From Phyllobates terribilis (lineage: Eukaryota): a stretch of DNA of 64,000 nt. Location of the stretch: assembly GCF_046119375.1 (NCBI RefSeq), contig NW_027362761.1, forward strand, positions 910,842,001-910,906,000, in the 5' to 3' direction. The notes beneath the pieces were generated by a model, which worked only from the letters and a program-made list of their open reading frames with translations, ran no database searches and was not told where the DNA came from. The position numbers were made by a program, and so were the translations under genes. The stretch's first letter is position 1. Each line of letters begins with the position of its first letter. Positions 38,320 through 52,335 of this stretch are shown in pieces.

Positions 38320-40480
38320 GCCTCAATATTTTTTAAGGACAGCACCAATTCTTCTAGGCATGGAATGAACAAGTTGATGACATATTGCAACACCTATCTT
38401 TTTCTATTCTTAAAGAAGGACTTCTTTTAGAGCCTGGATGCTAGATGGAGAGTGATGCTCAATTTGTCTCTTCGTGTGTTTGATTGGGTTCTGATCAGGA
38501 GACATACTTGACCACTGAATCACTTCCACCCTGTTCTTTAAAAGTGCAATAGTGGCCTTAGATGTGTCACAGGGATGCTGCGACAGAGAGGGGGCAGACG
38601 ATCGCGACGTCTGGTTTCACGAACTCCTGCACTGGTTAGAAGTACTTCACCATCATATTAAACAGTGCAGGTTTTTTCCTTGCCAGAAGTGCAAGGGTTA
38701 ATCTGTTAAGATGAAGCTCCTGGAGCTATCCTATTTGCAATGTTTCAGCTGTTCAGTGTTGGCCACTTCCCCTCTGCTATATATTTTCACCTCTGACACT
38801 TGGGAATTGCCAGTGTTAGTTCTTACTGACTTGTGTGCACTTAGAGGTGTAGTTTGTGGTTGGAGTTGGAATTTGGAGATTTATTCAGGAGATTGTGGCT
38901 TGGAGTTTTGTTTGTCTGCACATCTTCTTCCTCTCCTATTTGGTAAATCCTTCCTTTAACTCTCCTGTGTTCCATTTTGTTGTTTGGTGAGTGTATTTTG
39001 TATGATTGTTATTTTAATTTATCCCTGTCTGTCTTTCCTTGCTTATCTGGTTAGTGTATTCCTATACACTTCAGCTTCCCACCTCCCTAGGGTGAGAGGG
39101 GACAGATAAGGGTTAATTTAGAAGCTCAGTAAGAAATGAGAACCCGGTGTCTTCACCTTCAGGAGTAATCCATGGGACAGGGATAGACCAGGGAGCCCAT
39201 AGTTCTAGGAACCTGGTTAGCACCCACAGTCCCAAGGTACTGCGTGACAAGATGTGTGTTTTGAATCATTGTCATGTTGGAAAAATGCATGTCTACCAAG
39301 GGCATGGAGTGATGGTAGCATCTTCTCTTTCAATATGGTGCAGCATATCTGTGAATTCATAATTCATCAATGATTCTTACTGATGAATTTCAGATTAATT
39401 ACTCAAATCACATAAGGATGCTGCTATTACCATGTTTTACTGTAGGCGCCATGCATTTTTCTTCGTACTCCTCACCTTTGTGATACCATACAGTCTTGAA
39501 GCCATCAGTTCCAAAAAGATTTATCTTGATCTCACGACTCCAGAGTATAGAGTCTCAGTAGTCTTCATATTTTTCAGCATTAATCTTGGCTAATTATAGG
39601 TAGGTTTTTTTATGCATGGGCTTTAGGAGAGGCTTCCTTCATGGATTACACCAATGCTTGCCATTCCTGTGCAACACTGTAGTGTGTCATAGAAAAAATC
39701 TGTGGGTAACAGGGCACATAATAGTGTCATACACTATGGAGGAAGAGTGGCTAAGCTCTTGGTTAACGCTCACCTGGTGGAGTTGTGACAGGCACAACTG
39801 CTATGTAGTCATTAATAAAAAACAGCTGCTGCCCCATGGCAGGAGCATAGATCCTCCAGGAAATATTGAATCAGGTTGGATAAAACACCTTAGGTGGGCT
39901 ACGCTGCTGGAGTAATCCTATTTTTCAACAATGATGATAATAAGCTTTTTTTTCACAACGTGCTTCAACGCTGTTGCGGCGTCTTTATCAATTGAAAAAA
40001 AACAAGAGTCATAGGCTTTCTACTTCTTTAGCTAACTGCAGTGAACTTGCAAGTTGATATTTTTCCTGTTTTGGTTTTAACTTCTGTGGTCAACAGTTCC
40101 ATCTTTGTTAAATTTTTGTATCACTTTTACTACAGTATTCTAACTGATAAGTAAAGCTTTGCTGACCTTCTTGTTGCCTTCACCTTTCTTGTGTAAAGAA
40201 ATAATTTTATTTCTGAGGTCTCAGTTCTCTTCCTTGTGGTGCCACTGCTGTCAGCATTAAATGGGAAGGGGTTTTCTTAGTTAACTAATGCCATTTTTAG
40301 TCAACTGTCTGCTGGACACCCAATTAATGAATAATTAGACTTAACTGTAGTTGAATTCTTGTTAATTTGTATTTTGTAGTCTAAGCTTTAGCTTAGCTTC
40401 CAAGACTTTCATTAGGGTGTACTTGTACTCATTTTTGCAACATGATCTTGAATGAATATGTTAGGAAAATTACTTTTTTG
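38320..40480 (-). mobile_element. Decayed Tc1-like transposon interrupted by a solo LTR
   Basis: Minus-strand FFQHDNDSK (~39262-39288) and WSSMSPDQNPIK (~38480-38520) flank the LTR. KINLFGTDGFKTVW near 39490-39530. Confidence 0.75.
38565..39249. mobile_element. Solo LTR (685 bp)
   Basis: TGTCAC...GTGACA ends and 5-bp TSD AGATG (38560-38564 / 39250-39254). Confidence 0.9.
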
Positions 40481-40494
40481 TTCACAATCAATGG

Positions 40495-40670
40495 TCCACA
40501 TTGAATCAAATCAGATGCCTCTCTGATGGTTTTGCATGATGGATAAGTATCTGCCTGTATTTCTTAGCATTGAGGAGACCATTAATCCTGACCAAATCCT
40601 CCATTTAGTGAAATGCGGCCCCAAACTTGCAAGGAAAGACCATCATGCATCACTGTCACCTACAAACACT
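40495..40670 (-). mobile_element. Tc1 transposase fragment
   Basis: Minus-strand translation DLVRINGLLNAKKYRQILIHHAKPSERHLI resembles the Tc1 catalytic core. Confidence 0.7.
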
Positions 40671-43363
40671 CTTTATTGCTCTATTCTCAAGCCCTTCGGT
40701 GAAAAAAATGCTTTCCGTTATAGCCAAATATATAACATTTTGACTCATCAGTACAGAGCACCTGCTGCCGTTTTTGTGCACTTCTGTTTTCATGCTTTTT
40801 TGTATAATTGAGTCACTTGGCCTTGATTCCATATCAAGGGCCATGTTTTTAGCCACAATTCTTTCATGAAGACCATTTCTACAACTATTCAATTTCTATT
40901 TTAGATTTAGATTATAAGATTAGACATGACTGTATCAGCTAGACACATCATAACAATATGGTCAAAACTCAGGTGAGATGTAAGCCAGTGTAGATATTCT
41001 GTAAGAAATGAGAGGTTTAAGGTATATGTGATACTTTTCACAGTTTTGTTTTATTAACCACATTCATGTCAATTTTATGGTCCTCTCTCCATTAATTCCT
41101 ATAATGTACAGTACAATGAATCAATATGCACTATGCTAGCTGCACAAGTAGTATAAAATTCCAGGCTTGGCATCTATCTGCTACCATTTAACAGTTTAGT
41201 TGGCTACTATTTGCAGTTGTTTCCTGTTGACCATCTTCTCATAGTTATTGGCCTTGTTCTCTGCTGTGTGACCTTTCCCCTTTTGCCTGACCCTTATTTT
41301 TCTGTTCTTCAAGTGGTATTGTCTGTATGTGTATTATAATTGCTTGTCTACCTTAGAGTTTGGATGCTATTGGACAGCTCACTGTAAACATAACAGAACT
41401 TTGACTGGTGTTCCTTGGTCTATGAGAAGACATCACTGAGGACACACGTATTAACTATATAAAACACTCACATCATAAATGCTATTGTCATTACAGGACA
41501 GTAGCAGTGAGGTCTATTAGGTTATTTGTGAATCCACCTTTTATAAATAGACCTTAGTCAGAAGTGACTGGCACCAATTAGCGAAAAATGGGTTTGTCTT
41601 CTAACTGGCATTTGGAACTCTGTTAAAATAGGGGCTTATCTTCATTTATCAGCTTGGATCAACTAGAGGATCCTCTATTAAAGGAATATTTTTATGTTTT
41701 AAATGTATCCTTTAAGAATGAATGCAGCAGCAGGTGAGCACCACTTCATTCACCTGGGTGTCTGCAGAGCCCTGGTTCTTGGAATCAGTGGGGGTCCCAG
41801 TGGTCCGACTCCCAGCGATCAGGATGTTATCCCCTATGAGATGTAGTTAAAACCCATCCAATTTGCAGGTTCTGTAAAATGCAGCAGATTTTACCCATCT
41901 CACTCTTTGGATATTGTTTGTATATATGATAATTATTTTTTGTATAATTCATAGTTAGATGTTTGAAATGTTTTCAAAACGCCTGAATCTTGCTGGGAAA
42001 GTATTCAGATTTCTCTGACACGTTATGAAAGCCTGAAATAATATTCTTTTATGCTACCAAGAGCAGTAAAGTGAGGCACCCAGTGCTCTTGTTGCTCTTA
42101 ACAACCGAGTACATATGGAAGCTTAATTAACACTTTAAGTGCAGGAAAAACTCTCCATACACATAAGGGATTAAAAGATCACCATGGGGTGAAAGGGTAA
42201 GGCATGTCTGGAATACCAACAAGCATGGAAAGATTTGTAGTAGGAAGTTCAATGATCATTAAAAAGCCTCTGAGATTCTTTGAGAAAAATCCCTCAAGGA
42301 TAAGTTGATGATTCCAAAGCCAGCTGTCCTTCTCCCCCAGCACATTCCTCATCCAAATCCTCCTCCACCTTCAGTACAGGCATTTGGATTCTTGGATTTA
42401 GTACTTCCTCCTCTGGATCACCTGTGTTGCAGCATAAATAAAGGCTTGTTTTTTCAGCTGTCTAACCTTTGGTTCCATCTGCCTTCTGCAGACCCTTTGT
42501 TTTCTTAATGAGAGCCAGTGTGCAAGCAGTTACTTCGGTGAATGAAGAGATGATCCCACAGCAGCAACAAGTGTCCAGCGATGTTTGTTTTACTGATTAG
42601 CAAAGTAAAATGTAATACAATGAGTATGTGCCAACCTACAAAGGAATTATTCTATTTAGGATTTCTCCTTTTTTTTAACAATTTTTCCACTAGGTCATCA
42701 GTTATATTTTTTTCTTTGTATATCTCATTTATTTGTATATTGAATTCATTATGAAAAATATACAGTACATAGAAGTGTAGGTTCACGCCAAGTATGTACA
42801 TCAGCAAATTGTCCAAATGTGGCCATAGACTATTATTGGTTAAACATATAAAAGTTTCAATCGGCTATACAGCATTTCTAGCTTTATTTTAAAAACTCTA
42901 AGTAACTGAATACATTTCCAAACAAAATGTAAAATATCAAATTGCAAAAAAAAATACAATGAGTACAATAACACATATTGTTTACATTCAATTCTGTTTT
43001 TCACAGTGTCTTGTTGTCCAATGATGTGTCATCACTAAAATGGCACTAGTTTTGGTAGAACGTCATCAATATAGGTCCAAAAGGACTTACATCTGGGTAC
43101 AACTCCATACACTAATCTACAGTGCTGATGGTTGAATGAGCTATGTGCCATTGAAGCTACTGTAGTACAGGTTCAATATGCATTTCGGACTGAAAATTGC
43201 TCATGTGCTCTAGCACTCTGGTTTATATTGGTCAGTGTACTGTCCGACATCAGTAGATTGTGGAAATGGACAGCACATGGATCAAAATGTCTCTTTTGTT
43301 AAACTCGGTCAGGTGCAGATTGCTAAGTGACATTTTTGGTCACGCAGATGCAATAAGACTTTA

Positions 43364-43672
43364 GCCCACAATACACTTTAGATGGCTGTTGGTCAGACAA
43401 TGGTTTGGCTGATCGTTTGACTGGCAGCCATGTTGGTCGGTATTTCCATACACAGGAGGACTTGTGTTCAGCCGAGCGCCCGTGAGAGAGCTACCCCCAG
43501 ACACTGGCAACAGCTTATCTCTGGGAGACAATACAATCAGCTGTCTGAAATTGGACATTCCAGATCGATATTTTCCCCGACAATAAATTGCCTGGGGCAT
43601 CCATACATTGTCATCTGAACCACTACAAATTGATGGGTTCTGCTGACTTTTAGTCTTACGTGTATGGGGGGC
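43364..43672. mobile_element. PIF/Harbinger-type MITE
   Basis: GCCCACAATACAC / GTGTATGGGGGGC imperfect TIRs with a 3-bp TTA on both sides. Confidence 0.65.
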
Positions 43673-44418
43673 TTAAGATTTCACCAGGTTCATATACCTA
43701 TATTTTCAGTCATTGTGCACAATGTACAGCACCCAGGCTGCACACTAACGAATGTTGCTTTGTGTGCTAGTGTAAATGAGCGAATTTCCAGACTGATCCA
43801 CGTGACTTCATTTGTTTTAGTATGTAAGGCGGAAGTACAGTTTGTGCACAATTACAGTGCTGTTAGTCAATCCAAAAGGGTAGTAAACCTGAAGCCTGAA
43901 TATTTAAAAAAGTAAAAGTGAGGTTTCGTCTTTCTTAGTAGAATATCTGTGTGTGCATTTAGAATTATTATATAACTAAATGAAAAACCTATATGTTCAC
44001 ATCTCAATTGTTTATTTTCATCTGTTAGAGTGAGAATAATAACTCAATGTACAAAAATGCATCAATAAATAAAGATAAATTATTTTTTTTAAATCAGTGA
44101 CCAATATAGCCTTCCCTCCTTACAATAACAGCCATAAGCCTTCCACCCATAGAGTCTGTCAGATTCTCAATCTGTTGAGGATCAACTTTTTGGGCAGCAC
44201 CAACCACAGCCTCTCAGTGTTCAGAGAGCATGTACTGTTTTCCTTCACTGTAAATCTCCCATTTAAGAAGGGCCCACAAGTTCTAAATAGGATTTAGGTC
44301 AGGTGAGGAAGGGGGAAACTTTTAAAGTTGTTCATTTAGTGTGTGATATTGTAGATCAAGTGCCTTTCACATGTCCGTTTATCTTTTCTGTTTGTCTGCA
44401 TCATGTAGAACAGACTGA

Positions 44419-45293
44419 GGCTATGTGCCCACGATGCAGAAATGCTCTGGATTTTTTCCTGAGCGTTTCTGCATCTCCCTTGCAGAAAAAAACGCATGCG
44501 GATTGTACATGCGGATTGTACATGCGGATTGTACATGCGTTGTTCCTGCCAGTGACAAGCGGATGTGAAGCGTTCTTCACATGCATTTCCGCATGCGGGT
44601 TGACAAGCGCTTTCCAAGCGATTTTAGCATCACTTGGAAAGTGCTTGTCAACTTGGTCACACTATATAAATCCATGCAACCGGCATGGATTTATATAGTG
44701 TGACCTTAAAGAATGGTAAAAAATAAAAAAATAAATCTATACTTACCCACTGATGGCCCCCGGAGTCTTTATTCGCTCCGTCCTGGCTTGCCGGCAGCTC
44801 GCGGTACACTGAAGGACCTGCCGTCACATGACTAAATGACGTCAGCGCAGGTCCTTCAGTCCACCGCGATCTGCCGGCAAGCGAAGACAAGGAGACCGGG
44901 GGCCATCAGAAAGTAAATATAATATTTATTTTTTGTTTTATTCTTTTTTTTACAAGTTCTATGGTACCCGGGTCCGGAGGAGAGTCTCCTCTTCTCCAGA
45001 CCTGGGTACTATCCGCACATTGAAACGCATCTACAGATCCAGTGATGCTGAATCCAAACGTTTCAATGCAAGTCAGTGGCGGCGAAAACGCAGCGCTTCC
45101 GCAAAATAATTGGTAGTGCTGCGTTTTTTTCAGCAATGAAAATCCGCAGCGGAAATTTCCGCAGCATGTGCGCAGCACATGCGGAATATCATTGGGGAAC
45201 ATGGCAGGCCTTCTACCAAGCGTTTTTTAAGCGTTTCTGCAGCATTTTTGCCGCTGCGGAAACACTTAAAAAACGCATCGTGGGCACACAGCC
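44419..45293. mobile_element. PIF/Harbinger-type MITE with internal palindromes
   Basis: GGCTATGTGCCCACGATGC / GCATCGTGGGCACACAGCC TIRs, flanked by TGA and TAA. Confidence 0.8.
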
Positions 45294-46179
45294 TAATGGT
45301 ACAGGAAAACCGAGTTTTACCTCAAAGGAAGAATGGGCTGTGATCCCCTGCTGTGATGTCAGTATATTCTCTTGCTTCCTCCCCTGCCCAGGAGGTGTGG
45401 CATGATCAGACCGTGTCTCTGTACGGTCAGACAAGGCCATTACACTGGGGCACATTTATTACACTATCTCGGGACAGGAACATTTTTTTTAAACACATCC
45501 AATTGTGGAGTTTATTTTTACTCCAAGATCTGTTGATTAACCGCTTCCCGACCACCCACTGTAGATAAACGTCTGCGCTGCCTGGGCTCTGTGCAGCGCG
45601 TACGTTTAAAAACAGCGGGTGGTCCCGCAGCGCTCAGGACCCCCAGGGTCCTGCAAGCGCTGCGGGTGCGGTGCAGAGCGATAGCTCTGACAGGGAACAT
45701 CATCGGGACCTGATTGGATCAGGTCCCAGTGATGTTAAGCCTTTGCTGTCTTCTATATGCCGCGATCTATAGTGATCGCGGCATATAGAAGACAGCAGGA
45801 GGAGAGGGGGTCGTCCACTTACCTCTCCGACGGCCCCCTTATACCTTCCAGGACCTGACGTTGCTATGGCAGCTGGAGATCACTTGACCGCCTCCAGATC
45901 TGCCATATATGGTGTCCTGCCTGGCTCAGCCTGCAGCTGAAGCCAGGCAGGAGACTGACTGTGAAACAGTCAGCGAAGATCTCATGTAATGTAATATATG
46001 TCTATTACATTACATGAGATCAGTGATCAGAAAAATAAAAATTAATGTCCCATACAGGGACTAAGTAAAAATGTAAAAAAAAAGTAAAAAAAATGTTTTG
46101 AAACTGTTAAAAAAAAATTACAAAATAAATAAAAATAAATAAATAAAATATTAAACCGATAAATCCGTATATTTATGCA

Positions 46180-47010
46180 AAAATAAAAAAAGTACACATA
46201 TTTGGTATCGCCGCGTCCAAAACAACCCGAGCTATAAAACTGTCACACTAATTAACTCCTTCTGTGCACACCGTAATAAAAATAAATAAAAAACGGAGCA
46301 AAAAACTATACTTTTTCCTCATATCGCCAAACAAAAAGTGGAAAAAAATGCGATCAAAAAGCAAAATGGAAATAAAAATGGTACCGCTGAAAACATCATC
46401 TTGTTCCACAAAAAACAAGCCAAAATACAGCTCCATCAGCCGAAAAATAAAAAAGTTATAGCGCTCAGAATAAAGCGATGCAAAAAAAATATTTTTTGTA
46501 TAAAATTGTTTTATTGTGTAAAAGCGCCAAAACATAAGAAAATATACAGTAAGTGTAGTATCGCTGTAAATGTACTGACCCGAAGAATAACGCTGCCTGA
46601 TCACTTTTACCACACGCAGAACGGCATAAAAAAACCCTCAAAAAACAATTCCTGAATTGTTCGTTTTTGTTAATTTTACCTCCCAAAAAACTGAATAAAA
46701 AGTGATCAAAAAATGTCACGTACCCAAAAATGGTACCAATAAAAATGTCAACTCGCCCCGCAAAAAAAAAGCCATCACATGACTCTGTCGGCCGAAATAT
46801 GGAAAAATTATAGCTCTCAAAATATGGCGATGCAAAAACTAGATTTTGCAAAAAAAAGCGTCTTTTAGTGTGTGACAGCTGTCAATCATAAAAACCCGAT
46901 ATAAATCTGGTATCTCTGTAATCGCACCGACCCGAAGAATAAAGTAATCTCATCACTTATACCGCACGAGGAACGGCGTAAAAAATAAATAAAACCAATT
47001 CTTCACCTGC
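46180..47010. repeat. Degenerate ~352-bp tandem units (about 2.5-3 copies)
   Basis: A GTATC-anchored motif (GTATCGC, GTATCGC, GTATCTC) recurs near 46205, 46558 and 46910. Confidence 0.65.
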
Positions 47011-47038
47011 TACTGATTTGTTTATTATGTCTCCCAAT

Positions 47039-48200
47039 GTGCTCACCGCACATCTAGATAAGTTCCCTAAGGGGTCTAGTTTACAAAATGGTGTCACTTG
47101 TGGGGGGTTTCCACTGTTTAGGCACATTAGGGGCTCTCCAAACGCAACATGGCGTCTGCTAATTATTCAAACAAATTTTACATTCAAAAAGTCAAATGGC
47201 GCTCCTTCCCTTCCGAACCCAGCAGTGTACCCAAATAGTGGTTTTCCCCCACATATGGGGTATCGGCATACTCAGGAGAAATTGCACAGCAAATTTAATG
47301 GTGCAATTTCTCCTGTTACCCTTATGATAATGCAAAATTAGGGGATGAAAAACATTTTTTGTGGGAAAAATGTGAAAATTTTATTTTTACGGCTCAATAT
47401 TATAAACTTCTGTGAAGCACCTGGGGGTGCAAGGTGCTCACCACACATCTAGATAAGTTCCCTAAGGGGTCTAGTTTCCAAAATGGTGTCACTTGTGGGG
47501 GGTTTCCACTGTTTAGGCACATCAGGGGCTCCCCAAATGCAACATGGCGTCCGCTAATAATTCAAGCAAATTTTACATTCAAAAAGTCAAATGGCGCTCC
47601 TTCCCTTCCAAACCCTGCTGTGCGCCCAAACAGTGGTTTGCCCCCACATATCGGGTATCGGCGTGTTCAGGAGAAATTGCACAACAAATTTCATGTTGCA
47701 ATTTCTCCTGTTACCCTTATGATAATGCAAAATTAGGGGATGAAAAACATTTTTGTGGGAAAAATGTGAAAATTTTATTTTTACAGCTCAATATTGTAAA
47801 CTTCTGTGAAGCACCTGGGGGTTCAAGGTGCTCACCACACATCTAGATAAGTTCCCTAAGAGGTCTAGTTTCCAAAATGGTGTCACTTGTGGGGGGTTTC
47901 CACTGTTTAGGCACATCAGGGGCTCTCAAAATGCAACATGGCGTCTGCTAATTATTCAAACAAATTTTACATTCAAAAAGTCTAATGGCGCTCCTTCCCT
48001 TCCGAACCCTGCAGTGCGCCCAAACAGTGGTCTTCCCTCACATATGGGGTATCAGCATGCTCAAGAGAAATTGCACAAAAAATTTTGGGGTCCATTTTTT
48101 CCTGTTACCCCTGCGAAAATAAAAAAATGGGGTCTAAAGTAACATTTTTGTGAAAAAAGTTAAATGTTCATTTTTTTCTTCCACATTCCAAAAATTCCTG
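47039..48200. repeat. ~394-bp tandem units (about 3 copies)
   Basis: GTGCTCACC(G/A)CACATCTAGATAAGTTCCC recurs near 47040, 47434 and 47828. Confidence 0.9.
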
Positions 48201-49639
48201 TGAAGCACCTGAAGGGTTAATAAAGTTCTTGAATGTGGTTTTGAGCACCTTGAGGGGTGCAGTTTTTAGAATGGTGTCACTTTTGGGTATTTTCTGTCAT
48301 AAAGACCCCTCAAAGTGACTTCAAATATGTGGTCCCTAAAAAAATGTTTTTGTAAATTTTGTTGTAAAAATGAGAAATCGCTGGTCAACTTTTAACCCTT
48401 ATAGCTCCCTAACAAAAAAAAAATTTTGGTTCCAAAATTGTGCTGATGTAAAGTAGACATGTGGGAAATGTTATTTATTAACTATTTTGTGTGAAATATC
48501 TCTCTGATTTAAGGGCATGAAAATTCAAAGTTTGAAAATTGCAAAATTTTCTAAATTTTCGCCAAATTTCCGATTTTTTCACAAATAAACTCAAGTGATA
48601 TCGAAGAAATTTTACCACTATCATGAAGTACAATATGTCACGAAAAAACAGTCTCAGAATCAGCGGGATCCATTGAAGTGTTCCAGAGTAATTACTTCAT
48701 AAAGTGACAGTGGTCAGAATTGAAAAATTTGGCCCGGTCACGAAGGCAAAAACAGGCTCTGGCGCGAAGTGGTTAAAGTGAACTTTTGTTTGTGGCACAA
48801 CCCCTTTAACGATTTCATCTAGGGGTGTAATGAGTATTTTGAACCCACAGGTGCCTCACAGAATTTTATAGCATTGGGACATGGAAATATAACATTTTAG
48901 TGCTAAAAATGTAAGCTTTTCATTTGTGGAAAATTTGTCAGTTACACAAGAGTTAATAAGTGAAACTGGACCCCACAATTTATTGCACAATTTCTCCTGA
49001 ACGCGGTGATGCCCTATACTGTATGTTTTCAGAAACTACTCTTTGGCCACACGTCAGGGCTGAGAAGGAAAGAAGGAGCGCTATTTGGCTTTTGGAGCCG
49101 TAGAGTAGTTTGTGGGTGATGTTTGAATGTGATATAGAAATTGCACCTCTCAATGAATTCATCTATGACTGCAGTGACTATTTTGTAACATCCACGCCAG
49201 GCTTTTTTCTGGAGAATTACAAATATACCAGTTTAGTGCCCATACATGGTGCCCCCATATATTGTAGAGCCCCATATATTGTAGCGCCCCCATATATTCT
49301 GCCCAGCTTTTTCTTCTGGAGACACACACCCCGTAAATTGTTAAGTGCTCTATTCCCACTACAATAATGACAAACATGTGGCCACTTACTGAGGTTTAGG
49401 TACAGTGGGGCTCAGAAAAAGGGGGGCATTTTGAATTGGGAGCGCTAATTTCACTGGATTTTATTTTAGGGGGTGAGAGCCATGTTGATTTCCATTGTTT
49501 TTGTTCTACCAGTAATGAGGGACCCCTATATTTCCAGTGACAGATGACGGAGTGGGGGCTGGTTTTGTGCTGGATAAGCTAGAGTTTTCATTGGTAACAT
49601 TTTGGGGTACATAACATCTTTTGATCACTTTCAATATAA

Positions 49640-49842
49640 GGCCACGGCCCCACTAACAGTATTTGATCAGTATTTGGTCAGTATTTTTTCTCAGGAGTGG
49701 GAGCTAAAACCATGTGAGGAACAATCAGGGAAAAGGTATAATAGAAACACGTCACCAATTCTGCATTTATCACCCACTCATGGTTTTGGCTCCCACTCCT
49801 GAGAAAAAATACTGACCGAATACTGATAGTGGGGCTGTGGCC
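49640..49842. mobile_element. Short Harbinger-type MITE
   Basis: GGCCACGGCCCCACTA / TAGTGGGGCTGTGGCC TIRs with TAA TSD. Long internal arm symmetry. Confidence 0.8.
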
Positions 49843-52085
49843 TAAGGCTGGGATCACATTCTTGTTCTCTACACTGAGCACTTACGTTGAGATTACCGTG
49901 TAAAACCAACAAAAATGCAATTCAGATGAAACCCCCGTCGGAACCACTCACTATAATGAGGCAAATGGAGACACTTTGATTTGCCGTACAGAATAAATAA
50001 TACACCAGTTTTATAGATACGGTTGTTCTTGATGCGGCGATACTAATTATGTGTATGTTTATTTGTTTATTTTTGTTTAAGCGCAAACGCTGTGTTTTTT
50101 GTGGTGAAACGGCTTTTTGTGATTTTGTGTGCTCTTTTTTTCGTGTTGTTTTTTTTAACTTTTTTACACATTTTATGTCTCTTTTTTCCTTTTTCACTTA
50201 GTCCCACTGTGGGACATGAATATTTTGTACTTTGATTTCTGGTCTCATGCATTGCAGTACTCATGTAATGCAGTGCCTGAGACCTATCAGAGACTCACTG
50301 ACAGAGCCTGTTAGACTCTGCTTGTAGCTGAGACTAACAGGCCACCAAACCCTGGGGTCATCAGATGACCTCAGGGTACCATGGCAACAATTAGCACCTG
50401 TGATTATGATAAAGCCGGGGGGGGCGATCCTGTCAAAGGGGGCCTTTTAACCTTCCTTTAACCCTAGAACGCATACCTGGGGCCTCGCAGGCCCGCCCTG
50501 TTAATTGTTTTCTATTTTCTGCAAGATTACTTTAGCTAGAATTTTGAAACTCTAGGTATTCCTCAGGTATATAGTTGTTTGTCATTTTTGTTTGAGTTAT
50601 TCCATGTTATTTGCACAGGGGCCTAAAAGGCCCCAGGTATGTGAAAGTGTAGCTCTTTATGGTCATGCGTTCTAGGGTTAATCACTTAGATACCGGTTTC
50701 GCAATTGACAGTGGTATTTAAGGGTTTAATTGACCCTGATCGGTTTCAAAACCATCCGGGGACGAAGCCGAAGGGTGTCAGATGCCATGTACAGCTGTCA
50801 CCCATCCCTGACCGCCATTTTAATGCGTATTGGTTGGTCATTAAGGGGTTAAAACACAACACAGAACGTAACATAAAAGTCCTGCTCCTGGTGGTACTTT
50901 ACACTTTTTAAGAATGAAATTACAATTGCCTCAACAAAGTATTTCCTCTATGTGGACAGTTCGCAGTAATATAGCTAAGCAAACTAGAGACAGACTTGCC
51001 AAGAGATCTCTAATAAACAACACGAGCTGTAGGAAATAATACTAGTCGTAGCTTGTTTTCCTGACCTGGGGCCTCATTCCAACCTGTTGCAACCAGCTAT
51101 GGAGAGTCTATAGGGACACCCTGTGCAGGAGGCCCCACAGAGGAAGCAGATCTTTATATTTTGTTTAACTGGGATATCTGCCAGTGGCTAAGTTCAAAGT
51201 GCAGTTTCCAGTAATTTGCTATTACTATGCAGTGTATTTGATAGATCAGGACAGAAGCATGCAAGCCGAAGTAATATTTCCTGATTCCTGTCATATTTTG
51301 AGTTGTGAATGAAGATTGCTATGGGACCTTGCTGTGAAGAAATACTTCTTGAATCTTCTGCTTTTTTCCTGCTTGCTCATATTGTACACATTGTGTTTGT
51401 TCAAGCCGCTACTACATTGTAGACATATTATTGTTATTCAATGATAAAATTCCTATTGATTACAATGATTAGTGCAGAATCCCGTTAAGGATTTATTGTT
51501 TTATTGTATAAACATGTGTAATACAGAGGACAAACAATCATCTCCATTACTTTATATCAATAATTTGTACATGATTATTTCATTGACTTCTCCTGAGATT
51601 ATTGTTCTTATCTAACAACTTCCTGACATGCACATACTTGCACTCAGAGGTTAGAAATACATCAACTCTACAAATACATGGAGATCAGTGTTCATCATTC
51701 TCGCACATGTTTTGTAGCATTATATTGCCATTCTACCTAATGATCACTATTATTAGGAACAAGGGGTAACATTATAATATACAACCTTTCTTTATACTGA
51801 TGCCCTGTTCCAAACATGGACTTGTTTACTAGTACAGCTACTCTGATTAACTCCATACATTTTCTTAGTTGCATTTTACAGCAAAAAACATGGTCTGTAG
51901 ACAGCCTACAACACAGCAAAGGGATTCTCATTGTTGAAAGTTATCAGTTAGGAGAGGGATACAAAAAATTTTCCATGGCATTAGATATACCACAGTAAAC
52001 GTAATAAAAATGGCATTGTGAAGAACTGAGAAATATGCTACACAGATGTGGATATTACTCACCTGTCCAGACACCAGCATTGACC

Positions 52086-52335
52086 CTTATTTATTGATTT
52101 TACTCACTTCAACAGAGCTTTACATAGGTTATCATCACTGTCCCCATTGGGGCTCACAATTTGACTTCCCTATCAGTATGTCTTTGGAGGGTGGGAGGAA
52201 ACCAGAGAAACCAGAGGAAACACACGCAAACACAGGGAAATTATACAAACTCCTTCCAGATGTTGTTTTTGGTGGGATTTAAACTCAGGACCCCAGTGCT
52301 GCAAAGCAACAGTGCTAACTACTGAGCCACCATGG
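52086..52335 (-). mobile_element. tRNA-derived SINE (V-SINE-like)
   Basis: The GGAAACCAGAG...GAGGAAACACACGCAAACACAGGGA core is typical of fish and amphibian V-SINE-like elements. A-rich tail near 52090. Confidence 0.7.

Larger units (their letters stand above)
45541..48772. mobile_element. Non-autonomous piggyBac-like (TTAA) element, 3.2 kb
   Basis: TTAA|CCGCTTCCCG ... GGCGCGAAGTGG|TTAA. No transposase, and two internal tandem arrays. Confidence 0.8.

Noticed and set aside
43086-43200. Minus-strand exon-like segments with good splice signals (also 10825-10880 and 52055-52085)
   Set aside because: The first two have stops in all frames, and the third is a very short segment abutting a SINE tail. 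No coding support.
47018-48142. Three similar ~100-aa ORFs in tandem
   Set aside because: They are translations of the ~394-bp repeat units in a non-autonomous TTAA element.
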